Below the pieces are notes generated by a model that searched no databases, was not told the DNA's origin, and saw only the letters and a list, made by a program, of their open reading frames with translations. From Lytechinus pictus (lineage: Eukaryota), in contig NC_087245.1 in NCBI RefSeq assembly GCF_037042905.1, positions 32,676,001 to 32,740,000 of the forward strand: DNA of 64,000 nt, in the 5' to 3' direction. Positions 55,501 to 64,000 of the stretch are shown in pieces (position 1 is the stretch's first letter; every line of letters begins with the position of its first letter). The translations under genes and the position numbers were made by a program.

Positions 55501-57595
55501 CATTTTATTTTCAACCTCGTGGTGATAGCGGAAGCCGCCGTGAACTTTGAAAGGTCGTATTACCGACGGAGCTCACTGCGCTACTCTCTTACCCCCTTTA
55601 TAATGATATAAATCTTCTCTTCAACCTCGTGGTGATAGCGGACCCCGCCATTAACTTTTAAAGACTGTACTATTGACGGAGCTTATTGCGTTGCTCTCTT
55701 ACATCGTTTATGATGATATTCATTTTATTTTCAACCTTGTGGTGATAGCGGACCCCGCCATTAACTTTTAAAGACTGTACTATTGACGGAGCTTATTGCG
55801 TTGCTCTCTTACATCGTTTATGATGATATTCATTTTATTTTCAACCTCGTGGTGATAGCGGAAGCCGCCGTGAACTTTGAAAGGTCGTATTACCGACGGA
55901 GCTCACTGCGCTACTCTCTTACATCGTTTATAATGATATAAATCTTCTCTTCAACCTCGTGGTGATAGCGGACCCCGCCAGAAACTTTTAAAGACTGTAC
56001 TATTGACGGAGCTTATTGCGTTACTCTCTTACATCATTTATGATGATATTCATTTTATTTTCAACCTCGTGGTGATAGCGGAAGCCGCCGTGAACTTTGA
56101 AAGGTCGTATTACCGACGGAGCTCACTGCGCTACTCTCTTACATCGTTTATAATGATATATATCTTCTCTTCAACCTCGTGGTGATAGCGGACCCCGCCA
56201 GAAACTTTTAAAGACTGTACTATTGACGGAGCTTATTGCGTTACTCTCTTACATCGTTTATGATGATATACATTTTATTTTCAACCTCGTGGTGATAGCG
56301 GATGCCGCCGTGAACTTTGAAAGGTCGTACTATTGACGGAGCTCATTGCGTTACTCTCTTACATCGTTTATGATGATTTACATTTTATTTTCAACCTCGT
56401 GGTGATAGCGGACCCCGCCGTGAACATTTAAAGATCGTGCTACTGACGGAGCTTATTGCGTTACTCTCTTACATCGTTTAAGATGATATACATTTTATTT
56501 TCAACCTCGTGGTGATAGCGGATGCCGCCGTGAACTTCGAAAAGTCGTACTATTGACGGAGCTCATTGCGTTACTCTCTTACATCGTTTATGATGATTTA
56601 CATTTTATTTTCAACCTCGTGGTGATAGCGGACCCCGCCGTGAACTTTTAAAGATCGTGCTACTGACGGAGCTTATTGCGTTACTCTCTTACATCGTTTA
56701 TGATGATATACATTTTATTTTCAATCTCGTGGTGATAGCGGATGCCGCCGTGAACTTTGAAAGGTCGTATTACCGACGGAGCTCACTGCGTTACTCTCTT
56801 ACATCGTTTATGATGATATACATTTTATTTTCAACCTCGTGGTGATAGCGGATGCCGCCGTGAACTTTGAAAGGTCGTATTACCGACGGAGCTCACTGCG
56901 CTACTCTCTTACCTCCTTTATGATGATAGACATCTTCTCTTCAACCTCGTGGTGATAGCGGACCCCGCCGTGAACTTCAAATTGATTTGAAAACGCTAGC
57001 TACCCAAAACATTTTATTAACATATTTCAAATCATCGTGCGTGCTTGCGTCGTCTACTTCATTTTAATTGCACTTGCGACTTTAAGTTTAAGATGATGCG
57101 TCGTAAGAGATCATTCCAATAATTCTAAATCGCTAGCACCTAAAAATACTTCTAAAAGATGTCCCGCCGATCGTTCATTAACCTGTGATCTATGAGAAAT
57201 ATTTTCATTTTATTTTCCTTTGCGCCTTTGCTCGGAAGATGCGTCTTTCGTTTATCTTTCTAATAAAAATCACTCGGTTTATTTTAAAGCAATAACACCT
57301 CAAAACCCCTGGCTTTAAAACATGTTCCAAACGATCGCGCATGTTGGCGACTTCCATTCCAATGCATTCGTCTTTGTGACTTTGTCAGGAAGATGCGCGC
57401 GACCGCGAACAACATTTTGATGTATTCCTTTGTTTTTAAACATCGCCGATTCGATTTTCGATTCGATTTCGATTTTAGAAGCTTAACTGCCGATCCGATT
57501 TTCGATCTGATTTTTGATCCGATTTACAACATTAATTTTAAACATTTCAAAGCAGCTTAAAAACTAAAAATGTACTCACCTAGTATACCACGCAT
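34535..57595 (-). CDS. PDIA6: Protein disulfide-isomerase A6, 11 exons, 444 aa, C-terminal KDEL
   Basis: Exons 57595-57580 (MRGIL), 48836-48701, 48072-48015, 45910-45784, 44430-44285, 43348-43136, 42238-42086, 41281-41124, 40113-39955, 38371-38278 and 34609-34535 total 1335 nt in frame. Signal peptide, two WCGHC thioredoxin sites, Gly-rich linker, [14 protein letters not shown] and DDIDLSD...KDEL. Confidence 0.95.
34649..38056. mobile_element. 3.4-kb non-autonomous TIR element (PIF/Harbinger-like) filling most of the last PDIA6 intron
   Basis: Perfect TIRs ctgggcccgtattccataaacgagataagc / gcttatctcgtttatggaatacgggcccag, with longer imperfect subterminal symmetry; no transposase ORF. Confidence 0.8.
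36600..37700. repeat. Degenerate ~150-160-bp tandem repeat (~7 units) containing GTTRCCATGGCAAC
   Basis: Motif recurs at ~36644, 36795, 36957, 37116, 37273, 37433 and 37580 with shared flanks (gcacatct, ttcatgagaattg). Confidence 0.8.
39102..39265. mobile_element. Harbinger-like MITE with TTA TSD
   Basis: tta-taccttggtcacatttgctctacggcggccgta ... tacggccgccgtagaacaaatgtgaccaaggta-tta. Confidence 0.85.
39280..39510. repeat. Degenerate (CAT)n microsatellite
   Basis: Directly visible. Confidence 0.9.
39517..39903. mobile_element. TTAA-flanked non-autonomous element (Kolobok-like)
   Basis: ttaa-agtgattggttaac ... gttaaacaatacct-ttaa imperfect TIRs. Confidence 0.6.
44607..45565 (+). mobile_element. 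Helentron-associated (HINE-like) element, copy 2
   Basis: Same architecture as 23641-24905: gtctcacctgcat / atgcaggtgagac subterminal inverted repeat, ~5-6 tandem units, (GCC)n. Confidence 0.8.
45960..46550. mobile_element. Kolobok-like non-autonomous element, near-complete copy
   Basis: ttaa-aggtcaagtccacc ... ggtggacttgtcct-ttaa; colinear with 4393-5005. Confidence 0.8.
47031..47408. mobile_element. hAT-like MITE
   Basis: cagggtgcta ... tagcatcctg ends; repeated ttgcccg/cgggcaa subterminal motifs; degenerate ttaaga-containing flanks. Confidence 0.55.
49393..50290. repeat. Large inverted repeat: 367-bp arms (49393-49759, 49924-50290), 164-bp spacer
   Basis: Arms are reverse complements; only 3 mismatches found by eye. 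Confidence 0.95.
51705..52243. repeat. 110-bp satellite, left block (~5 units)
   Basis: Unit tcaacctcgtggtgatagcgga...gacggagct...ctctcttac...tgatat. Confidence 0.95.
52244..55486. mobile_element. 3.2-kb non-autonomous TIR transposon with TAG...CTA termini and TTT TSD (Academ-like), inserted in the satellite
   Basis: tagtcaggggccttag / ctaaggcccctgacta TIRs. Removing the element and one TTT restores the satellite unit acatcg-ttt-atgatg. Subterminal ttatgc/gcataa repeats are inverted between the two ends. Confidence 0.8.
53311..54280. mobile_element. Nested ~1-kb foldback MITE
   Basis: acaccaaaaccaaattctccc / gggagaatttggttttggtgt TIRs; internal 53690-53830 is inverted relative to 54010-54150; CCGAAT-rich. 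A related fragment lies at ~52965-53200. Confidence 0.75.
55487..56980. repeat. 110-bp satellite, right block (~14 units)
   Basis: The tcaacc anchor recurs at exact 110-bp spacing from 55511 to 56941. Confidence 0.97.
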
Positions 57596-57836
57596 CCTCC
57601 TGTGGTTGTAAGCTTTACTTCCGACAGAATTCGTGCAGTTTAAAAACTAGGGCCTAACAGTTAGGTATTTTAGTTAATTTCAGAGTTAAAATCTCGACAC
57701 GCGTCGAAGACACACTCAGTCGTGCAGCACTGCAGTGATGCTACATGCAGCTAGCCTGTCAGGCCAGGCCATCGGCGGGGATAAGTTCGATGCACCGTAC
57801 CACACGTCACACAGCAGTACAAGTGGCGAGCAAACC

Positions 57837-57855
57837 CGTGGCCGGTTTTTATTGG
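57837..57855 (-). promoter_or_regulatory. ER stress response element ERSE-I (CCAAT-N9-CCACG) upstream of PDIA6
   Basis: The minus strand reads CCAAT-AAAAACCGG-CCACG, ~240 bp upstream of the PDIA6 ATG. Confidence 0.8.
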
Positions 57856-58030
57856 ACAAGTGGTACACGTGTTACTTATTTGCCACGCCTCTTCGTCAAA
57901 TCGTAAACATCAACAAGACAAGACAACGCCCATTTCCATGCTTCTTTCTATTTTTGGCTAAATTAAAGTTCAGCTTTAACTCTTAATTGGCTGCTTTGGA
58001 CGAACAATTGACACTGTGAAGATTGTCACA

Positions 58031-58073
58031 ATGAATATTTTAAAAGACTCCGCTTTGGAAAATGTAACGAAAG
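58031..58073 (+). CDS. Probable first coding exon of an unidentified divergent gene (MNILKDSALENVTK)
   Basis: acaATG context and consensus donor AAG|GTAAGT; head-to-head with PDIA6; no downstream exon identified in the window. Confidence 0.35.
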
Positions 58074-58789
58074 GTAAGTTGAAATTTGGTGCGTAGATGT
58101 AAGTTAGATCTGCAATTATCATCTTCTTCAAAGCATTACCCCAGATACTTCGTTTGGTGTTGGCATAGTAAAATTTAGACCAAAAGCTTCAGTCTCTGTA
58201 CTCTGTAGTCTGTATTTGGTCGTTCCGTTGAACTTCGTTGGCTCCACTCATAGTGAAATGTCAGAAATCGTTAAATAAATCCCCCGAATTCCTGTCTAAG
58301 TTACTTAAGTAAAATTAAACTAATGACAATTGTACTCCCTCATCCAAGGCAATAATAACATAATATTAACAGATATAGGCCTACACCAAAGGCAAAGGAC
58401 TTTAATATTTTTTTTATCCACTCGCGGGCTGTGCTCTTGACCTTGTACAGATCATGATTTAACCCACTCACACTAATACAGGCGCGTAGCCAGGGGGGGC
58501 GGTGGGGGCAGTCGCCCCCCCAAAACGTCCCCAAAAAGAAAAAAAAGAAGGGAAAAAAGAGAGGAGAAAAGGAAAAGCGAAGGGAAGAAAGGGAAGAAAG
58601 GTAGCTTTGTGGGTTTTTCCTTTTATTCTTTTTTTTTTTTTTCAAAAAGAGAAACTCCTTCACTCTTGCTCTAAATTTATTTTGCTAAAGAGGGGGGCCG
58701 ATAACATAAATAATAATACACTCACTATACACATATAAACTTCACACCGGGAGAAAGCCTTACCTTATTCTTGTTATCTATCCAGGCAC

Positions 58790-58987
58790 TGTGACAGCTC
58801 TCTTACAACAGGTCCGCTACGACCGGGGGTTGGGTATGGAATCTTGTGGTTGAGTGGCGTGTGTAGAATACCGGTATATGTGTGTGTTGTATACAGCTGA
58901 ATGCAGGTCTTGTGTTTGTTCGTCCCGCCGGTGGGTCATGTGACATCGTATGCTTAATAACTAATAATCCCGACTAATCCCCTAACA
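58790..58987 (-). repeat. Putative 3' LTR (~200 bp)
   Basis: TGTTAG... follows the PPT and the segment ends ...GTCACA; the partner LTR is not in the window, so the boundaries are unverified. Confidence 0.55.
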
Positions 58988-59789
58988 CCATACTTCCCCC
59001 CACCCTAAAAAAATTTGGGTGGCCTATTTTCTACATAACTGAACATACTTAACATAAGGTATAACTCAACTGAACTTAACATAAGGTAACCCTAAACATA
59101 AAATATACACCAACATACATTTGTTTTTCCTCTTTTTTGTTTTCTTGATCACATGTTTTTCTTTCTTTTTCTCTTTTCTCCTTGATTTTTTCTTCTGTGA
59201 CCTTTTTCTTTCATATTTTCTTCTTTTGTGATCGTTTTCTTTTCTTTCTCTGTGATCTATTTTCTTTTCTTACTCTTTCTTATTTGTTCATGAACATAAA
59301 TACAACATAAATATATACATCAATATATACATCATTACCAAATCATAAAACATATTCTTACCTTGTCTCTGCCTTGATATAAATAAAATAATCTCACTGC
59401 GCCTATCTATGTACCTACGTAAAAATAAACAAATATTTAAATCAATGAATATATACATATGTGTGATCCACTAACTAACTCATCTATCTTTATTAATATA
59501 TTGATATATATACAATAAGGGATGCATACAAAATTGGGTGATAAATTATAGGTGATATTATAGGCATTCGTTTTATATTTCTTGTATCGCATTGAAATAC
59601 ACATCCTATAAAATAAATCGATTTGCACAGTGGCAGGCAGAGACAGGTGCAAGGGAGTAGCATTGCCCTGTTATTCGAGGCAATAGAGCTCCCTTGCTTT
59701 AATCTGTCATAACCAGGATTGATAGTGAATTCAAGATGGACACATTCCGAGGGGGCGCTCACATGAAAACGTTTCGTAGGATGCCTCCC

Positions 59790-60530
59790 AGAACGGGTCG
59801 CTTTCTTGTATTTCAAGTTGCACACCTGGCTATATGCAGATGAGAGTGTCTTCCGACATGCCGTATCGGTATTACCGAGAGCTACCGATCCCAGCATGCC
59901 CTGCTGAAGGAGGATCATGACTAAGCTGGATGATGTAATGTCGTAGTGATTCAGAAATCATCATGACATTACGCTCATCCTTCTCCATCAAGATAACTCC
60001 TTCTCTATAAAGGTAGAAGAGTTCCCTGTTTGTCCACAAAAACTTTCCCTCTGGCGGGATGAGAAACAGAGTCTCTTCAGCCGGCTCTTTCTTGTATGTT
60101 AACCACTTGCAGGGGGGCTCAAGGAATTGGTTCCGCATGATCTTGACTAAATCGTCAGAAGGCGGTTCCTCTGCCACCTCAGCTGGGTCAACTATTCGGA
60201 TCTCAAATGAATTGGCTTTGTTGAAGGATGTTTCCATGCACATTACAGGAAAAGATTCAACAGCCTCATTTGGGACCCTCTGTCTTTGACTTAATGGCAC
60301 ATCTTTGTCTAATCAATCGACAAGGTGTACCAATCTATTTCTTTTTAAGTAGAAACCTTCTCAACTCCTGTTCCCCTGGGGCCAGCACCTCAATAGAGCG
60401 GCTCCAGGGATCCAGAAGGTGAAGAGTATAGACCCGATTCATGAGTATCCACAATGGGACACATTCTGAGGGTTCTACGTCATGTCCTACAATCAAGACT
60501 TATAAGCCTCCCCAATCATATCACCTTGTT
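59790..60530 (-). pseudogene. Disrupted pol remnant: post-protease linker, RNase H-integrase spacer, integrase zinc-binding N-terminus
   Basis: Fragments HLLDPWSRS, LYREGVIL and ISESLRHYIIQLSHDPPSAGHAG with stops and frameshifts; no YxDD or integrase core; only ~750 bp where a full RT-RH-IN needs ~3 kb. Confidence 0.7.
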
Positions 60531-61160
60531 TTATGGATCTTCTCTTTGTATGATTGGTAGGTCTTCACCATTCATAGTTAAGATAGCATTTGGGATGCTA
60601 ATGTTGGCATTGTGTTTTCGTAACAAGTCAACGCCAAACAACATCTCATCTGCTATCGGAGCTACATAAATCTTCTCGCTGAGTATTTGGGCACCCAGCT
60701 TGATATTAATAGGCCCTACCACCATGCCGTCCATTGTCATGTCTCGGCCAGCTCCCTTAAGGATTACACGCTTAAGGATGGGCGGCCGTGGCTGGAGGCG
60801 TTTGAATAGCCTATCTGATATAATGGTGACAGCTGCCGCAGTGTCCAAAACGGATGTAATGGGCTCTTTGCTAACTGTCAACCCAACACTCAATGTTGAA
60901 GTAGACATAATTCTACAAATGACTACTTCAATATCTTGATCTTTAACCTCACCAGGAATGTCTGGTGGCCATGGTGGATTCCTCCAAGGAACATCTATTA
61001 CCTCAGAGAAGTTTGGGCTCCCTGGACTTGCTTGTGAGTCCGGTGCCCGTGAGCTACCATGGTCTTGTGGCATGAGGCTGTCCTTTAATGGAATGGAGAT
61101 GGTGGGGATCTGTGATCGGATCGGGGATTCCCCATCTCCTCCGATCCCTGTCCATTTCCC
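60531..61160 (-). CDS. Retroviral-type aspartic protease (pol 5' part, -1 frame relative to gag)
   Basis: VLDTAAAVTIIS catalytic motif and MLFGVDLL; the frame is open back to the G GGA AAT heptamer at 61160-61154. Confidence 0.85.
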   Translation of the reverse strand, partial: GKWTGIGGDGESPIRSQIPTISIPLKDSLMPQDHGSSRAPDSQASPGSPNFSEVIDVPWRNPPWPPDIPGEVKDQDIEVVICRIMSTSTLSVGLTVSKEPITSVLDTAAAVTIISDRLFKRLQPRPPILKRVILKGAGRDMTMDGMVVGPINIKLGAQILSEKIYVAPIADEMLFGVDLLRKHNANISIPNAILTMNGEDLPIIQREDP

Positions 61161-63412
61161 TCCTCCTCGAAGGTGACAGCCCTAAGTTGTCTGTTTTGAG
61201 CAGGCGATCTCCCTCTGGGGCAGGCCCTACTGAAATGGCCTTCTTCCCCACAGTTGAAACAGCCTGCGAAGTTTCGCAGCCGATCGGTTGGTGGAAGGCC
61301 CGAAGATGGTCTTCTGCCTCCTTCTGACCGATCCGGCGTTCTATTAGAGGTATACCTCGGCCTGTCTGATGTACCCGGAGCCCGACCAGAGGTATACTTT
61401 GGTCTGTCCGGTGTTCCCAGAGCTCGGCCGGAGGTATATTTTGGTCTTTCAGGTGTGACAGGGGCACGGCCGGAGGAGTAACTCGGCTGGCCTCTTGACA
61501 CCGACAAAAGTTCTTTAGTACTCCGAGACAGATCCGTGATTGCAGCAACCATCGAATCCATCTTGGAGGCCCACATTGCATTCTGAGCCTCCAGAGCACT
61601 GATTCTAGCCTCAAGGCTAGAATTTCCTTTGGTGGCAGCTTCCGGAGGAGACGACTCTTGTACCCTGAGGTCATTCTTATCTTCTCCTACAGAGAGCTGC
61701 CTTACTTCGTTTCTCAGCCTAGGGCCATGCTTCTGCATGGTCTTCTGGGTAAACTGAAACCATTTGTACTTCGTCATGGCTTCATCTAACGTCCCAGGCC
61801 GAGAAGTCAGGACATGATGCCCTGCATCTTTGTCTTGGGCACCTTGGCAGAACCTTGCCACTACAAGTTCTTGGACGAACTTGTCAGGTAGGCCTACGAA
61901 GGCCTGACCTGCAAGGGTCATAAGCCTATCTGCCCAATTGATTATGTCTTCATCCGAGCGTTGCAAAGCCGATTGAAATTGCATCCGAGTAACTTCCGGC
62001 TCATCCTGGAGAGCGAACCGCTTCTCCAACTTGGTAACCAAGTCAGAGAAGGCGATATTTGGGTTGCTCTCCTGGATGAGAGCCATGAACTTACTAGCTT
62101 CGGCCTCCAACGCCAGACACAGCTGATATTTCTTGTCTGCATCAGACATGCCGTGTCTTTCGGTGTATAGTTGGAACTTTGAATAGAAGGCCGCCCAACT
62201 TCCTTTGCCGTCGAACGAAATAGTCTTCGGCAAAGAGGTTGGTCTAGAAGGGGGCCTTCTGTCGTCATACTCCGGTACCACAGGTCTTGAGGCCGAAGTA
62301 AGTCTGGTGACGCGGGGCGGCTGATTTCTTGTTGACAGCCCCCTGTATCCAGGGCTTACTGATGGCCTTGTGGTGTTTCTATGTTCACTGTATACTGGGC
62401 CTCCATGTCCATCTCCTTGAGGTCCAGCGCCTTGATACACAGGGTTGCTACCCCCATATTGCAAGTCACATGGTCCTTGGGGAGAGGTTTGCGGGGCCAC
62501 AGTGTTAGGATAGTGTGGCGGATATCTGCCTCCAGCCCATGGTGGGCAATACCCACCGTAGGCGGCAGCAGGGTTGCAGTATGGAGGAGCTGGCTGTCCA
62601 GTTCCTCCGAATGGCATCATCTGCATCATCCTAAACATCACGCCATACATTTCCTCGTACTGTGCTTGTGTAAAGTGTGGAACGGCCTGTGGATAGCTAT
62701 GTGGAGGTGTCTGGGTTGTTTGATTGAACATTGCTGGTCGGCCACCCTGAGTACCGGGAGCCTGACCATGCAAATCTACTTGGGCATGAGGACCAAATTG
62801 GAACTGGGGTCCTGGTGGGGTAGCTACCTGGGCACGAGGACCACATTGGAACTGGGGTCCTGGTGGGGTAACTTGGTGGGGACCCTGTGGTGGGAACAGG
62901 CCATCGTTCCATCCTGAAAACCCAAATTGATTAGCCCAGAGGGACTTAGCCCTATCTTCTGGAGAGGCCGAAGGCTGCTGAGTAAAAGCGCCACCTGGCC
63001 TCCCCCCTGTGAAAAATGAGGGGGCCTCCCCGGCCTGTGTCTGAGAAGATTGGCCTACAGCACCCTGTGCGCTATGTGCATGGGTGTGCTGTGGCCAAGC
63101 CTCAAACGCCTGGCTTACGGGGGGCTCCTTAGACGGAATAAGTGGAACGCTCGTAGAAGGCTCGTCTCCTTCGGAGCGCACTTCTCTGCGGTCCACATTA
63201 TGAGCCGTTGTTGTTGGCTCATAATCAAAGGCGTAAACTAACAGTTCCGCCTTCGGTATATGAGGTATCGACAAGAATGTATCCGGAGTAAGGTCGGCCG
63301 CCTCCCTCGCATGTAGAATGCGGTTGGCGGTGGCCATACCCACTCCGGGCAGACTCATCAATTCCTCAGACGAACACAAGTTGATTTTGATTCTTGGTAT
63401 GTTGCTCGCCAT
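61085..63412 (-). CDS. gag: Gag (~775 aa): N-terminal helix-hairpin-helix domain, P/Q/G-rich linker, capsid-like region, CCHC zinc knuckle
   Basis: IKINLCSSEELMSLPGVGMATANRIL (HhH); FDGKGSWAAF...LEKRF (Gypsy capsid-like); CFNCGEEGHFSRAC. ATG at 63412 in aagATGG context. Confidence 0.88.
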   Translation of the reverse strand: MASNIPRIKINLCSSEELMSLPGVGMATANRILHAREAADLTPDTFLSIPHIPKAELLVYAFDYEPTTTAHNVDRREVRSEGDEPSTSVPLIPSKEPPVSQAFEAWPQHTHAHSAQGAVGQSSQTQAGEAPSFFTGGRPGGAFTQQPSASPEDRAKSLWANQFGFSGWNDGLFPPQGPHQVTPPGPQFQCGPRAQVATPPGPQFQFGPHAQVDLHGQAPGTQGGRPAMFNQTTQTPPHSYPQAVPHFTQAQYEEMYGVMFRMMQMMPFGGTGQPAPPYCNPAAAYGGYCPPWAGGRYPPHYPNTVAPQTSPQGPCDLQYGGSNPVYQGAGPQGDGHGGPVYSEHRNTTRPSVSPGYRGLSTRNQPPRVTRLTSASRPVVPEYDDRRPPSRPTSLPKTISFDGKGSWAAFYSKFQLYTERHGMSDADKKYQLCLALEAEASKFMALIQESNPNIAFSDLVTKLEKRFALQDEPEVTRMQFQSALQRSDEDIINWADRLMTLAGQAFVGLPDKFVQELVVARFCQGAQDKDAGHHVLTSRPGTLDEAMTKYKWFQFTQKTMQKHGPRLRNEVRQLSVGEDKNDLRVQESSPPEAATKGNSSLEARISALEAQNAMWASKMDSMVAAITDLSRSTKELLSVSRGQPSYSSGRAPVTPERPKYTSGRALGTPDRPKYTSGRAPGTSDRPRYTSNRTPDRSEGGRRPSSGLPPTDRLRNFAGCFNCGEEGHFSRACPRGRSPAQNRQLRAVTFEEEGNGQGSEEMGNPRSDHRSPPSPFH

Positions 63413-64000
63413 CTTGATGTAGAAATTAATCAGTAACAAAAGTTAAATTCCAAAATTGAACTGTAATTAACCAAAAATTATCCTGCAGACTACTTTGTCT
63501 TGCGGATAAAATCAAAATAAATCTGGGACAAAATTAACTTTTTGAAAAAAAAATGAAAGAGAATTAACAGAACTAATCTCACAATATCCTGAGAATGTAA
63601 TCAAATTAAAATCCAGAGGCTACCTTGCCTAAAAAATAAAATTCCTGTATGATTTAATTCTTAGGAAAGAAAAGAAAAAATGCAAACAATCGAACGCTCA
63701 CTTGTTCAAAGAAAGATATGAAAAATATATAGAAATAGTTTCAAATAAATAAATTCTTATTATTTATTTATTTTTTTTCTGTTTTTTGAACAAAAGTTAA
63801 TATTTACAAGTACAATTTATCTAAATATATACAAAATTTATTTAATTATACAATTTATAATTAATTGATTGAATATGAATTTAATACAAATGTCAGCAGC
63901 ACAGCTCACAGCATTCACTCAACGGCAGCACCAGCAACAAAATATATTATACAACAGCAGCAGCAACAATTCAATTACACAACGGCAGCAGCAATAAACA

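Larger units (their letters stand above)
58790..64000 (-). mobile_element. Ty3/Gypsy LTR retrotransposon with internally deleted pol; 5' LTR lies beyond the window
   Basis: gag + protease + integrase remnant; polypurine tract agggtggggggaag on the minus strand abutting a TGT...ACA segment. Confidence 0.85.

Noticed and set aside
51705..56980. 110-bp repeats as a CRISPR array, hammerhead ribozyme array or snoRNA cluster
   Set aside because: Units are contiguous with no unique spacers. No CTGANGA core on either strand. TGATGA occurs only antisense to the host intron and without a D box.
59437..59918. ORFs downstream of the integrase remnant as an env gene
   Set aside because: No signal peptide or transmembrane organisation; looks like pol tail plus AT-rich 3' region.
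61054..61674. 206-aa ORF overlapping gag, and + strand ORFs at 60059-63241
   Set aside because: Shadow frames of GC-rich gag/pol; no motifs; the protease is in the other (-1) frame.

Overview
AT-rich, intron-rich metazoan genomic DNA. The repeat families and gene content suggest an echinoderm, probably a sea urchin (inference). Four spliced protein-coding genes can be built with consistent GT-AG phases: (1) the 5' part of an NRF-6/O-acyltransferase-like gene (minus strand, runs off the left edge); (2) TTC32 (+, 3 exons); (3) a death-domain + TIR, MyD88-like adaptor gene (minus, 6 coding exons) with a perfect NF-kB site near its likely promoter; (4) PDIA6 (minus, 11 exons, 444 aa, KDEL) with a perfect ERSE in its promoter. 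A probable first exon of a divergent + strand gene lies ~435 bp from the PDIA6 ATG. The right end holds a Ty3/Gypsy LTR element whose open gag has an N-terminal helix-hairpin-helix domain and is linked to a protease by a -1 slippery site, while RT, RNase H and the integrase core are missing. PDIA6 intron 1 (8.7 kb) contains a ~900-bp near-perfect palindrome of promoter/first-exon-like DNA and a 110-bp satellite split by nested TIR transposons. The rest is mostly MITEs, SINEs, LINE 3' ends, Helentron-like elements and microsatellites. All calls were made by eye; no searches were run.
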